NCBI GenBank assembly: GCA_000182565.2
Contig: KQ257452.1
Reading direction: 5' to 3' (one strand)
DNA from: Spizellomyces punctatus DAOM BR117
Lineage: Eukaryota
Length of the DNA stretch: 64,000 bases
The notes under the pieces are model-generated. The model saw nothing but the letters and a program-made list of their open reading frames with translations. It was not told the origin of the DNA and ran no database searches. A program made the translations under genes and the position numbers. Each line of letters begins with the position of its first letter. Positions within the stretch are counted from its first letter, which is position 1. Positions 39,051-53,950 of the stretch are shown here, piece after piece.

Positions 39051-41847
39051 TCATGCTTTTACTGGTCGCCTGAGCAGCCAGCTAAACAAAGTCTCAGTAT
39101 TTTGACCTGCCAATCTTAGTATTGTCCCAGACTTTTCGTCACCGAATCGGACATCGCCACTGACACCAATCACCGTCAGACCTGCGCCGTCTTCTCGGTC
39201 GACGATAGTGACGAGTCCATAGCAACTTCCATGTACTGCGACAAACGCTCGTCGAGCAAGGTCTTGCAGATCCATTTGGAGAATCAGATCATCCGGGTGC
39301 TTCATTGGCTTGTACCGATCGTCAGCGTTGGCAGTTATGCTTCCTGTAACTTGCTGACCTTTCGCCTTGCCGATGGAGATGATGCTCAACTTTCGGACCA
39401 CGCCCAAGATTCCGTTGGCGTTTTCTTTGGCATCTTTCGTGCCAAGATCGAGTTTGACGGGAGGAAAAACTATAACATCCGCGAAAGGGTCTCGAGCGTC
39501 CCCTGCAACTAACACCATGTACTCGGTACCCTCCACAAAATCTTCCACCAGCCAATCCTCGCCTTCGGGTAGCTCAGCTAGAAGATCTTTTAATTCTACC
39601 TCATCTTTAACTTTTTGCCCTGAATTTTGTCGAATATGCTTCCGCATGCTTGGTTTGATATAGACTGGGAATCGTATGCCATCTGCAGACATTGCCTGCA
39701 TAATTTCTCCTACATCTTGTCCCCTACGGGCAACCACGGCGCTTGATACGCTGAGCCGGTTTTTGAGGAGGCCTTGGCGCATCGCTTGTCTATCCCGGCT
39801 CTCGACAAAGAATCGTGCGTTTAACCCTACCGTATGAGCAAAACCAATTTCTTCGATAATTCGGGCAACTTCCAGACCATCATCACCCAAGCAGGCATTG
39901 AACAGAAGGTCCTCATCTTTGGAAAGCGTTCGTAGTGTACCCTCTACATCATCCACATGGTAAAGGTGGACAATCGGGTCGTAGTTCAGGGTCCTGAAGA
40001 TTGACTCGAGCTCGCTCACGTATTCAACGTCCTTGCCGTAGCTGACGGCCAGCTTCCCCTCAGGATCAGGTATGCAAGATTCGGGATCAACGAGAACAGC
40101 CGAAACAATAACGTGCACAATAGGGTTTGGAACTAACGCCAGACTAGGATTTCTGATCAACTTGGCCACCTTTTGCTCAACTTCGAGTGGCAAAACCGGT
40201 GCAAGAGGCGATACATTATCCTGTGCTTCAGCCTTCTCAAGCGCGACCGCAGAGTCTGGCTCCGCTGTGATGAGTTCGGCATAGCTTCCAGAGGTGCTAG
40301 CAGCAGGTTCAAGGGGCTTGAGGGCAGAGCTCAGGAGGATTTGGAAAAAGTCCTGAGTCGTCTGACCAGCGAGTTGCAAAATGAATTCGGACGATGAACC
40401 TTTGCCAAGGCCGCAGGATGCATTGACCTCCAGTACATAAAATTTGCCTAGAGAGTTAATAGTCATGTGTTTAAGCAGGAGAGCAGCATTGCGGCTTCTC
40501 AATTCCAGAACCTACCGCTCACGTCTCGCTTACGAATATCCTGCAATAGTGACACAAGTTCACGGATCAACAAGTTGTGTAATTGTCTGTCGCGTGGACA
40601 TGCATCCCTGCAAGCTGACATGAACCCACCACACGACCGTAACAATTGCCGGATACCGCCGCATAGGCACGACGAGCAAGATCCTGTAGTGCTGCGTAAT
40701 CAATTGGGTCCTCAACGCGCTCATAATTATGTGCATACTGGGCTTCGTCCCAATTGCGAACATATGAAATGAAGCGCTTGAATCGGGGGAGCTCCTTGTT
40801 GAAGGCCCGCTCTGAAAGATGTCTGATTTAGGACGTTTCAGCATTTTTCTTTCCAAGCTCACTACATACCAGCTGGAGGGTATACGATTACTGTCTGGTT
40901 TTCGTCACGGCAGTTTCCTGAGACTAGCACCTGATACGTCTTACATTAGCAGAGTTGATGTCGGGTGATGCGCTCAAATGCTAAAGTATTACCGAGTACT
41001 CTTGTCCATCAATATATTCTTCCACGGTCAAATTTTCAAACTCCTTTAGCAGCTCTGTGCATTTCTTCTGAACTTGCTCATAGTCATGACAAACCGAGTT
41101 ATCGTCCAGTCCGACAGAACCGTAGCTATCGGAAACTTTAACAAAAAGTGGATACACCATTCCCCAGTCCTCAATCAATTTCGCCAAGTCAGAGGTTTTG
41201 GTTACAGCAATACCGGGCGGCGTGGACACAAGGCTCTCTCGAAATAGCTCCTTCATTCCGTTCTTGGTCAACGTATTGTTAATGAAAATGGAGTCGCACC
41301 CGACTACATTTGGGTAGTTCTTCTTTTCGAGATATGCAGCTGTCGCAGTCGATTAATTTCACGTTTGGCACTACGTAAACAAAAAGGATAGGTACGCACC
41401 TACGCTAGGGCCTGGAACTCCATCAATATCACTCCCATCGCAAACATTCATAATAAGGTCATCCAAAGGAATTTCATCAATTTGTGCTTCAATGTTGCTC
41501 AGTCTTAGAAGGTGTACAACGGGATCAAATTCCAGTTCCGTAGCCAGGGTTTTCAGCTCTTGAATGTAGTCTTCTTTTTCAGAGTTGTGGGTAAGCTTTT
41601 CCGCTGCGCTACGTACAGCAACATCGTCCTCGACAACGTCCGGAACCAAGATATGCTGTGAAAAAAAGATGAAACGTCTAAGTTCTGCTGCGGCGCTCCT
41701 TCATGTTGAACAGGTATTGTATGAACCGTTCATGTTCGGGAAACTGCATACCAGCTTTTTGCCTTTGACATTCAACCTGCGAACCGGGCCATCTGCCTGC
41801 GAGTAGCGTTTGGTGGCCGCTTGCAAGTCTGGTTTTGCTTTCAGCAT
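39051..41847 (-). CDS. D-Ala-D-Ala ligase-like ATP-grasp protein with two tandem modules
   Basis: NVCDG, YPLFVKVSDSYGSVGL, EEYIDGQEYSV, YVLEVNASCGL; second module FPVYIKPS...EDFVEGTEYMV. Confidence 0.75.
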
Positions 41848-42179
41848 ATTTCGTGTTTAATTGTGTGAGTGTGAAATGAGAGAAAAGCTTCAAGTGGTTT
41901 CGACCAGCCGTGACAGCAAGCTGCAGCAGGGAGGCTGCGAGACGCGAGGTGTGACGCGCTCGTCCTTACGTGAGCTGGCCATGATCAGCGAAACCTGTGC
42001 GGGTGGGGGAAGCAACCACCGCCCAGTACAATGCCCCAGGTCAATCGCCGTAACAAGTGGCTGTTTAAAAAAGAAAAAAAGAAGAAAGACTATAAGTTGT
42101 CTGGTGAATTGCCCAAAAATTCATAGCGGACAATGCTCAGTAATGGAAAGAAAAAGAAATGGTGGTCCTATCATAGAAG

Positions 42180-42261
42180 CGACGCGAGCAGGACTTGAAC
42201 CTGCGCGGGCAGAGCCCAATAGATTTCTAGTCTATCGCCTTAACCACTCGGCCATCGCGTC
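42180..42261 (-). tRNA. tRNA-Ser(AGA), 82 nt, intronless
   Basis: GACGCGA acceptor stem, TGGCCGAGTGGTTAAGGC D arm, ATAGA-CT-AGA-AA-TCTAT anticodon arm, long variable arm, GGTTCAAGTCC T arm. Confidence 0.97.
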
Positions 42262-42467
42262 TCGATATCATGGTAAAGATCCATTTGAACAAGTCCGCAT
42301 TTTACCTATAAAGCAATCCTTGTAATTCCGCCAAATAAAGGTAAATTGCGAGAGTCCGAAATGGGTGACGACTTGACTGAGAAAGATCGACCAGCAGCAG
42401 ATCTTCGCAGCATTTTCATTCGCGTCGCGTCTTTCCGTCGTTTGGCAGCTGCATATAGTCGAACACT

Positions 42468-45400
42468 ATGCAGGATGTGACGGATACGACAAGCTCCGAC
42501 TCGGCAGAAGCCTTACTTCTTGCGTTGAGCAGTCCTGGTCAATGCACGGGCGCGCTGTCAATGCGAATTCGTGCGTTCCTTGCTCCAGCACTGCAGCACG
42601 GTGATGTGTCGGGGCTATCAAGCACAGCTGGTGGAGGGTCTGCAACAAGGATACCAAAACGTCGGGGCACTGGAAGCAAGGTCACAGTTGGAACTACGAC
42701 CACCCGCGCATCATTAATGCAGCCGCTTGAAACGATAGCGGCTCGACTAGGACCGTTTGCCATGAAAGTTCTTAACCAAGCTGTCAGAATGCTGACTGCG
42801 TGTGCAAACGAAAAGAATGCCAACAAGGTATCATCCACGCGGTCCGTTCCGGCAAAGCCTGCAGAGGTATCACCTGCAACGTGTGCACCAGTTCGAAAGA
42901 CCAAAACGGCCACAAAGACACGTCCCCGGTTTGACTCTACGGCGACAACAAAGGCTGGAAGAACGACAATGGCTGACAGAAACGGCGTAAATTTGACAGT
43001 GGAGCAATGCCTCGCTGACTGCTCAGAGTGCTCTCTGGAGGCATTGAGTATTCTCCAAAGATACCTCACACTCAACTCTTTGGATCTTGAGAAGGTGGCC
43101 TGCAACATAGCCTCACGACTAGTGGATCTTGGAGAGGTTCGTATTTGAATGACACTCGGCGCCTGCGAGTTCTGTTCCTCATAATTTTCTCAATAGCTTG
43201 ATCGTGGATTGAAGCTGCTCATGTACATACATCGCCGACTTTGGATAGAAAACTGCACATCTCCATCAACAACTCCGTCACTAAATGGGCGGAGACGGCC
43301 AGCTGCCTCTACACGAGGGAGAAAGTTGGGCACCACGATCGAGTCCCGTTTTCTGAAAAGTGCAAAGGGGCAAAGCTCCAGTAGCAGTAAAACTAACTGC
43401 AATAGAGAAGGAAAAGAACCGAGAAAGGGGTCCATATCAGAGTCGCTTTTACAGCTGCCATCTATATGCTCTCCGGACTCGTGTTCCGCTCGACTGTCGC
43501 TAGGTCTAATGTGCATGACTGTTGCACTGAAATGCTGGCTACTGGATCAGGCAAACAGAAATGCAATCGTAAGTACAAAGCTTTTATTCAGCAGGTAATG
43601 GGCTAGCAACTTCCTATCTGTAACTTGACATGGCATGGTTAAGGTAACGGAACAGCTGCTAATGAAGCCCTTCGGAATATATTCATTGTGTAAATTGCTC
43701 AAGACGATGGATGAAGTTAATGGCGCCAAGAGCTCTGAGAATGTGTTCCGCCTTTTATACAGAACTTCGCTCAACGAGAACGGTAAGGGACACAGTGCCG
43801 TACGTTCTACATAGTCCACTCTTTAATCACATATCGATATGCAGAGTGGGATCCTCAAGCGGCATTGAATCTGCGAAAATTGGCGCTTGCTTTTTATGTG
43901 GAATCTTCTGGCGTCACGTACGCCAACTTTGCGGAGCAAGTTTTCAAATTTGGGATGGCGTTTGAGCACGCGGGAAAGTCGTTGGGTAATTGGGGCAGGA
44001 TTTTCCAGTGAAGTTCATGCGGGTCACTAAATCTGCATATGACCGCAGATGCAAATCAGAGGGCCGCTGCTCTATTAGACTTTTACATCGCATCGCTGGA
44101 TCTCGCCGAGAAACTACTGGAAACGGGGCAGCGACCCCAACTGGCTTCTTGCAAGTGGTGCGATCATTGTGTTTATGTTGCGAAAAAGGTATGGCCAAAG
44201 GAGCTGCACCTTCCGTCCTTCCGGAAAGCTCAATTTTATTTAGATGAATCGAGCGGATATTGTGACACGAACGCTGAAGCACGCGCGGATGGTCATGAAA
44301 GCAACGGATGATCGCATTTCAACTGATATTGCATCGTGCGCGTTTTTGACGTTTAACAGATTAGAGGCGCTGGCGTTGAAGTTCACTGGTGCTGGTGAGG
44401 ATGCTGGTGTGATATATTATGTTTCCGTTTAAATGACGCGTTCTCATGTAGTTTTCCCTTAGTGGTCAGACAGAGCGATCCCGAGGAAGCATATGCAGCG
44501 GCGGATGAGTTGGAATCTAGTCTGAGAGAACTTACCAAAACCCTGCAAGTTGGAGAATGTGCAGAAGGGACCGCACAGACGGTTCAACATTTTATTCGGT
44601 CAATCGATACTGTGGTTAAAATGTCTGGGGAAATCGCTAGCAAACCTGATTTTGATGAGAACAGTCTGATCCAGAAATTGGAGACACGGTGTTGGAGGCC
44701 AGTATTTATGGGTCTTGTTCAACTGAACGAAATATTGCAGACGAAGGTGGGGGTTGACTTCCAGTTTTAAACAGGTCAGGTCGTGTCCGTTTTTTAACGA
44801 TATTTCAATCAGAATGCGGAAAGTGGAACAGTCTCGGACGCGGACCTCCGGAAACTGGTACCTGGCATTGTCGCCTGTTTCAATACGTTAGGGCGGATCG
44901 ATAGTGGATGTGGTTTGCAAGGAAAGGGCCCTTTCCTGGATCATCTGAAAGCAGCGGCCGCGCTTTCAGCAAAACACGCATTCGAGGAAGGTCTCAGATC
45001 AACCGCAAATACCTGCTACTTCCTTGGCGGCATATTCTATAAAGAGAAGCACTGGGAGATGGCTGGGACACTCTTTAGCCTCTCATGCGACGTTCTTGGT
45101 AACTACCTGGACGGGGTGACGGAATCGCATAAAACGACAAGTGCCGAAGTCCAACTGCAGGTTTCCAAGCGATATGAGCTCTGCTCCATATGTTACAGTA
45201 TGCTACATGATTATGAGGTATGATTTGCTATATGCTCATTAAAAACGCTCTGCTGCGCTTGACTGATTGTGACGCTGGTTGTAGACTTCGCTGATGTTCA
45301 TCAAGAAAGCTATATTGCAGCTTCTGTCGCTCCCCGTCGTGGAATCAGCCGAAGACTCTGCACCTCCTGATCCGGCTTTACTCAGACTGGTTGATCGCTA

Positions 45401-48400
45401 CGTGAAAACCAGAACGCCAAGTCGTCCTTATATCCCTCTCATGGAATTCGTCGGCGGATCCGATTCTCCTGGTCAAATGGAAAAAGTAATCCCCTTAGCG
45501 GAATATGAATTGAAGCTATTACAGGGGATCGAAGGCAATCCCGGAATATATTCAGGACAAACACGACTTATTGATGGACTTTTGGATTGGTATCAAGAAC
45601 AATCCTTCCCGATACGTCGTTCCAGGTCAGCATCGATGATTTCATTACGATTGCATGATTATTTTCCTCAGTCATAACTCGCCTATCCACCAGAATGCTC
45701 CTCGAGAAGGCCGAAGTTCTGCGAACATGTGATATTGAATCAATAGGCAGTGTATCCGATGCTGAAGCTTTATGCAAAGCTGCCATAGAGCTCTTAAAAG
45801 CATCGGTGTGTAGAACGCTATTGTTTGTTGGATGACGTCGACCATTGTAGACTCATGAGCAATGGGTTTTTCTCGGAAGAGATGTAATGACAGTTACGGC
45901 AATGATCGGGATCGAATCAATGAATGTGACAACGACCTAGCGCTGGCGTATTCTTATTTAGGGATGTGTATGAACGATCAGGACCGGTATCAAGTCAAAC
46001 CTTTCACCATTGCTTTGCAAATATGGAAGAGATTACTGGTTCGCGTTCCACAGTACACTTATAGTACGTTCAAGTGAAAACCATCAGTTATGAGGGAATT
46101 GTCCTGCTCACTGTTGTGCTCCACTCGAATAGACGCCAAACCAGGACCGAAAAAGCCAAAAGCCAGCGCCTTTTTCGCGGACTTACGCGCAACGTACCAC
46201 CACATTCGTATGGTTCTTTCAGTTGATAGTTTGCCTCCGAATCCCGCTCACCGCGCAGACATTTATCTTATATAGGGAGGTTAACCGATTACTTTGAAAT
46301 GTTGAACCAACCTCTCAATCGCATCTTGTGCGGACGCCTGCTTCTTCGGTTGACGACGTTGCTGAGAGATACCGATGATTTACGAAAAGGTACATTGCAC
46401 CGGGCTGGCAAGAGAAGACACAGAATTGAACTTGACTTCTTACGCATTTGCTCTTCGGTCAGAGGCCGCCACGTTATACGGTGAAATTGGGTTCGCCTAT
46501 ATTCTTCTCGGATATACCGGTCAAGCGGGAGTTGCCTTGGCTCATGGGCGAATGTTGGTGGACTCTGGCCAATGTACTACCGAAGGGTCCACATTTTGGC
46601 AACTTTGCTACTCATTCTACTTATGTTGCATTGGCAATCAAAGCAAAAGGTTGGCTGTATTGTGCCGTTTGCATCTTCAACCCTGTCAAACTTATATTAG
46701 CTGCACCCTAATATAACAGCGAGACAACTTTCAAAAAGGTGAAACCTCCTCAACCGTCATCTCAGAAGGATGGACGTCGCCATGTCGTTTTTGGCACCTT
46801 TTCGCGGAGTGTCCACACCTCGTTGCCGGCGTTTGCATTCTTTGTGCACGCATACATATGTTTTGGATCGGTACGTGTTGAATGACAGTATAGCAACTAG
46901 AAAGAATGGCAGGGCTGAAATGTGTCATTGTAGGGAAGTCTGGCTGGGGCAATCGCAGATGCAGAGAGATGCCTTCGGCTGTTGAGCAAAGAAGTGAAAT
47001 CGTTGAAGTCTCGATCGGAAGGCTTGTCCGAAATCACCAATGCAATGAGTACTCTCAGTCTGACGGGGTCTCAAAAAGGTTCCAAAGCCGAGGCGCTCTA
47101 CGGAAAAATTCTGTGCTCTGCGCAATGGCATTTTGTGCATGTGAGTATTCGTGGCGGCCATTCCAATGCAGTGACCCAACTAACGGTGTCCTCCGGCTTT
47201 CCTTACAGCGCTTCTTAAGCTGTTACATGTGGTTGGGACAACTATACGTCCGGCAAGGTTCGGTAATGGAAGCCGAACATTTCTATCGCGAAGGATTAGA
47301 ACTTGCAACCCTGGTCCACTCCCAAATCTTCATGAGCGCATTCTTGCTTGGCCTGGCCGAAGTTGACTATCGTTGCTATCGCTTAACTGAGTCTGCACAG
47401 CAGATTGACACAGCGGTGGAATGCCAGGAAAACGTAACGTGGCGTTCGCATCCTCCTGGCTCCGATCTTACCAAATGTTGAACACTCTACATCTACAGGT
47501 GTCGCCGGATGTGACAGTACGAGATGTTGTCCAGTCGAAGATACATAAAGGGGATCAGCAGCTTCGTGGAGAGGAGTACGACGAAGCCCTAAACTGCTTT
47601 TTAGAAGCAGAGATACTATTGGATGAGGCGATGACCGATGCGGTCATTACAAATCTCGAGGAAAAGGACTTGCGGTAATTGGCACACGAAAGATAAATCA
47701 GAATGTTTATCTGAATTAACATTCATGACTAAAACTCAGTGGTACGGAGACACCGCGGGAAAGGAAAATCATACATCTTTCACCCGCGAAGCGGAAGGCT
47801 CTCAGTTCGTCGCGACTTGCTCAAGAAAGTATGACTGCAGCCGCCCTTCGTGTTTCGCGTAGGGTCCTCACAATTGATTTTTCAGAGTCTGATATTCAGT
47901 ATGAATGCGCTGTACTATCGGAAAAGAAAGTCGAAATCATATCCCGTATTGGTAAGACCTGGATTCGTCACAGTGACATTCTGACGTTAACCACGGAGCT
48001 CCCGCTAGGTTGGGCTCTCTGTAAACAAGGAAAGCTGGAGACGTCCGAGAAGAAACTGATGAGTGCTGATGACTTCCTCCATAGAGGCCTGGGACAGGTG
48101 ATATTACATTTCGTTGTTCCCGTGTCCTGTGCAAATCTCATCATTGTTTTGTGTAGGCGGAATACACCGGTGCTCTAGCCAAAGTTAAACTTCAAAAGCT
48201 ATTGCAAGCTTTACGGACTAATCCGTTGTTTACCATGTTTTCTGATTCTGGTTGGTTAACGCAGACTATCATTGTGTGACATGACTGGCATTGCTAACTC
48301 GATTTATTGTTCAGCTTTCTCGCTGCCCTGGTGCGTCTCAAAGCGAGTTACCACAAGTTCCTCCAGGCAAACCAAAGCATTCAAAGCTGCGGTGGCAGTC

Positions 48401-50595
48401 CAGCGAACCATCGCACAAGTACAGGAGTTATTTAAAGAAGCCTTTGCCTCTGTTTATCCGTACGGTTCTCCTCAACTGTGCCATGAGATATCTCACGGGC
48501 TGGCACTCTTGAATGTGATGCGGGCTTACCTGACTGGCGGTACCGATGATTCGGACGCATCGGACTTGGCACTCTCTTCAGCATTGTATTTAGGTGAGAC
48601 TAACGTTTGACACTGCGCAGGGGCAGCATTGGATTAATTATTTTTGGTAAAAGAGCTGTCAAAAGGATTGACGTCAAGACGTGAAATGCTTGCATCCGTA
48701 CGTGATAAACTATTGCGACGATCGGGCCAGTCATCTTGGCCTGTCCCCATGAGCGAGATTCGTGCTTCCATCACAGATGGTGAAGTGGGATCAGCCGCAA
48801 CAGAAAATATTGCAGAAGAATGCACTCATGGTTCGACGATGACTATATCTGAGTTTCGTGATGACATCATAAACGCTCTTCCCGAGGATTGGATAGTCTG
48901 CTCGTTGTCCGTGGATTTGGAAAGAGAGGACATGTACCTAACCCGATTAGAAAAGGGCTCATCTCCGGTTGTGGTTCGCTTGCCATTAAAACGGCAAGCA
49001 ATGAGGGAAGGAGAAGACAATGGTTTGCTATATGGGGAGGTCATCGGTGAGCTTCAGGACATTCTGACAGCAAGTAATGCAACAACCGAGAACGCGGATG
49101 CATATGTCACAAGGGAGGACAAAGCCGAATGGTGGAAGAAGCGAAAGGAGTTGGACCAGCGCCTGAAGGCTTTACTCGAGGAGATAGAACTTGTTTGGTT
49201 GGGGGCGTTCAGAGTATGTTTTGCGATCTGGCAATGACAGATGGTGTTTTGCGCTAACAAGCTGAAAACAGGGACTACTGATTACAGACGAGTACGACTC
49301 ACCTTCATGCACTGATGTTCTGTTGGAATTCAAAGAAAAAGTTGAGAAGATCATTTTCAAAGCGGTGTCAACTAAAGCTGGAAGGGGGAAGCGAGCTAGC
49401 GTCTTACCCATTGATTCTGACCTTTGCCGGATGCTGCTACGGCTTGGACCGGATCCATCGCCTGACGACATTGAAGATGCTCTATTTCATTTGATGGACG
49501 CCTATCAGTACAGTGGAACAAACGTTGATTATGACGAGCTGAACATTGACTTGGTAAGTGCTGGGCCAAGAATCCTGCTCATATCAAGAACTGTCGTGGT
49601 AATTTGTTTTGGTTAGATGGAATCTGATATGAGGGATGCTCTTGTCGCGTTCCACGAGACATATCAAAACGTCATGGGCAACACTTCGGCTCGAAACAAG
49701 CCGTCACGCCATTTGATTCTGATACCCGACAAGCATCTACACATGATTCCATGGGAGAGCTTACCTGTTCTTCGAAATCGACCTGTATGCCGGCTACCAT
49801 CTATTTTCTTTTTGCAAAACATCCTTTTGCAATTGAAGAAGCAAAACCTTGTCGTAGACCCGCAAAAGACATACTACCTGCTGAATCCCAGTCAAGATCT
49901 GGTTCGCACTCAGGAACAGTTTCAGGAAATGGTGACAAGGTAAGGAATCAGGTTAAGGCTGTTTCTACATTGGGAGGCGCCGCTGATGACTGTTGATTGG
50001 TTATAGTCAGGAAGGGTGGTCAGGATTAATCTCCCGCGCTCCAAGCGAGGATGATTGGGCGAGTGCGTTATCAAGCAAAGATCTATTCATGTACGTGCTG
50101 CTTATCACATTATTATGGCGACTAAATCTAATGGACAACTTCAGCTATTTTGGCCACGGCGGAGGCGAGCAATATATACGAGGCCATCGTGTACGAGAAC
50201 TGGATAGGTGTGCAGTAACTCTATTATTGGGTTGTAGCAGTGGATGTTTACGTCCAGCTGGTGAATTCGATCCACATGGAACACCATTGAACTACATATT
50301 AGGGGGAAGGCAAGTGCATTGGCGTAAGATTTGATGCCCATGCGACGCTGATCTGACATCTACTTGCAGCCAAGCCATTGTTGCAAACCTTTGGGACGTA
50401 ACCGATCGCGATCTGGACCGGTTTAGCTGTGCCATGTTCGAGAAATGGGGCTTGGTCACGTCAAGAGAAACAGGTCATATTGACCGCTCATCAATTGCAG
50501 AAGCTGTGACGACATCTAGAGATGTCTGCACCCTGAAGTACTTGACGGGAGCAGCGCCAGTGGTCTACGGAGTGCCGGTGTACTTGAAGAGATGA
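42468..50595 (+). CDS. ESP1: Separase (peptidase C50), many exons
   Basis: WWKKRKELD, IPWESLP, YYLLNPSQDL, catalytic YFGHGGGEQY and LLGCSSG, ANLWDVTDRDLD, GAAPVVYGVP. Confidence 0.95.
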
Positions 50596-50863
50596 GGTGA
50601 TATATTGGTTGCACTTAAATAGATGATTCTGTAAATCTAGGTAAATATATAAGACACTAATAGAAGCTATACCAAAGAAAGTCATAAGGTTTACTGAAGG
50701 ATGCCTGTAACGCAGGTTGTGCTTCTTTTTGAAAAACACTCAGCAAGAGGACAGTACTCTTCAGGGGTACTTTGAATAACAATGGAGTGCCAACCCTACA
50801 TACTCAATGAGCAGAAAAGCAACATCGCAGAATCACATATATTGCAACTGTACAAATATATCA

Positions 50864-51658
<795 letters not shown>

Positions 51659-52073
51659 TTTGAAAGAGAACGGATTTATAAAGAAGTCTCTTGTTCAGCT
51701 GTGGGCAATCTCTGGCGACCGTGAGATGGCAAACGATAGAGTTGGAGGCAGCATTGCAGTGAGTGCATAACGATCCGAAGAGCCACGCACCAGCCATCCA
51801 GCTGTGGCGTCGTGGCGGAGCATCCGAAAATGAGTCAAACCAGCGCTGCTTGTGTGTGTCTTTGTTGAGGTGGATCGTAAACTTCTACTCAAAAAGTGCG
51901 AGAATAAGCAGGTACGATACACCCGCATAACTCGAAGTAATGAGCTAGCGCGGAGAGGATGCAGTGTGGACAATTGGGATCTTGCATGAGTGGCAGATAG
52001 TCTTCGGCGGCGTTGACACAACATGATCTAACGTTCCATCTAGGTTATTTTATCATACCGATAAAGTAATACC

Positions 52074-52936
52074 ATGGCTGCCACCGACAATTACGAGATG
52101 GCTGTAGATCTGGATCCCGGAGCGGATGAAATGGTGGTTGATGATGGTAAGGCCATTTTCACTCAAGTGACGTGCGTGACCAACTGCTCAACTGCTTTGT
52201 GGATCTCTCTAGTCCCAAGAGACGATACAGATCGCCTCAAATCTAATGCTACGAAACGAAAGGGTCGTGGATTCTCGGAAAGGCGTGCTGGTAGGATGAC
52301 TGGATTTCGAGCTCTATAAACAAGTGGCGCTAAAGTCGGGTCTGGTAGGTGGAGTCGACAATGACGAATTTACTTCTGGGCGGTTCGAATCCTTGGAAGA
52401 CACTGCCACGGGACAAGCACAAAGATGTAAGTATATAGTCAGCATCGCAAACTGGGGGCTATACAGCTCACTGCTTCCCAGCTGTTGAGGGGTGGATTGT
52501 GTTGATAACGGGTGTACATGAGGAGGCCAACGAAGAAGATGTCTCAGAAAAGTGCGCTGAATATGGCGAAATTAAGAACCTGCATCTCAATCTTGATCGT
52601 CGAACGGGTTACGTCAAGGTATGCCTTGGAATTCTGTGGAGGTACTTGGAAACGGTATATAAACACGACCATTTAGGGTTACGCATTGGTTGAGTACGAG
52701 ACATTCAAGGAGGCCAAAGCTGCCATTGATGGGCTTAACGGCAGTACACTATTGGATCAAGTTATCAAGGCCGATTTTGCATTTGTTCGTGGGGCAAGTG
52801 CTAGCACAAGCGTTCAAGAGCGGGACACTAGGTAAGACTTCCGCCGTCATGTACGATCCACATGGTGTTTTAATTATATTACTTTCCTAGGCGGCATCGT
52901 CGTGGTGGTGATCGTAGAGATGAACGTCGCCGATAA
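52074..52936 (+). CDS. RBM8A: Exon junction complex subunit Y14 (RRM)
   Basis: [43 protein letters not shown]. Confidence 0.95.
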
Positions 52937-53280
52937 GTTGTAATGGTAGTTGCACGCATGCGAGGCTGGGGCGGAACCTACCCAATTGTAGCATAGTTTG
53001 TATGGCCCGCTTTTGATCGCTACCTTTAAGGAGAGTCTTTGTGTGGTAAATGAATGATCGGTACTACTAAAGGTGACGCACACGAGCAGGGCGGCTCTTC
53101 TAGGTCATTCTTTTTTGGCTGGAGGGCTGATGCCGCGGCGAGTGTTTTGAAGGAATTATATTTCATCCCTCTCCAATAGACTGTGCTACTATACGTGCAG
53201 TTCCTTGTCATATGCGTGAAACTGCTTCAGTTTGACCTATCGTAGGTAAGCATCTACAAATTTGTGATTGTAGCAGCACA

Positions 53281-53950
53281 TCACTTCATAAGACGACTGT
53301 CCAAGCTGTGGGTGTTCTCACTATGGACGATGGGAACAGGTGAGATACTGTTCCTAAGGACGATTGCAGGTTTTACTTACGCGAGCATGTCTTCAAACTT
53401 GTCAACTTCTGCCATGGTTTGAGCAGCTTCAGAATTCGGATCCACATAGCCTTTGTTGCGCAATTCTTCTTTATAAAGCTCCGAAACATGATGTTTGGCT
53501 GCTCCCAGAAAAGCAGCCGGGTCGCCGCGTCTGAGAGAAGATGGATTAGAATAAGCGGCTACAAAGGCTGAAACTGACCGTACTCTCTGTTCAATTCAAT
53601 TGCTTGAGAAAAGGCCAAGGCGGCATCAGAATCTTTCGGAATCGTGCCCCCGTGCTTGCGAGCCTCTTGGCTATAAATTCTGCTCGCGAGATGCTTGGCC
53701 ATGGTTGGAATGTCCGAGGTGGACAAGACTTCTTTTTTATTGGAAATAGCTGGTCGTGGACAATTATCAAGGTTCGATAGTGGAAGCAGATACTTGTTTC
53801 TAACAAGACAAGATACGTACGGTCTTCGTTGTGTAAAAGACTCTCCATGCGGTCTGGCCGAGTGAATGGTGGTTCTTTCGCTAAAACTTTTTCATAAGTC
53901 GGCACCACATTTCTGATACTCTTGTTGGGATTATTGCTTGCAGCACTCAT
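53281..53950 (-). CDS. Small spliced protein with SMP/LEA-like repeats (tentative)
   Basis: Spliced frame ASRIYSQEARKHGGTIPKDSDAALAFSQA and a second similar unit KEELRNKGYVDPNSEAAQTMA. Confidence 0.45.
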
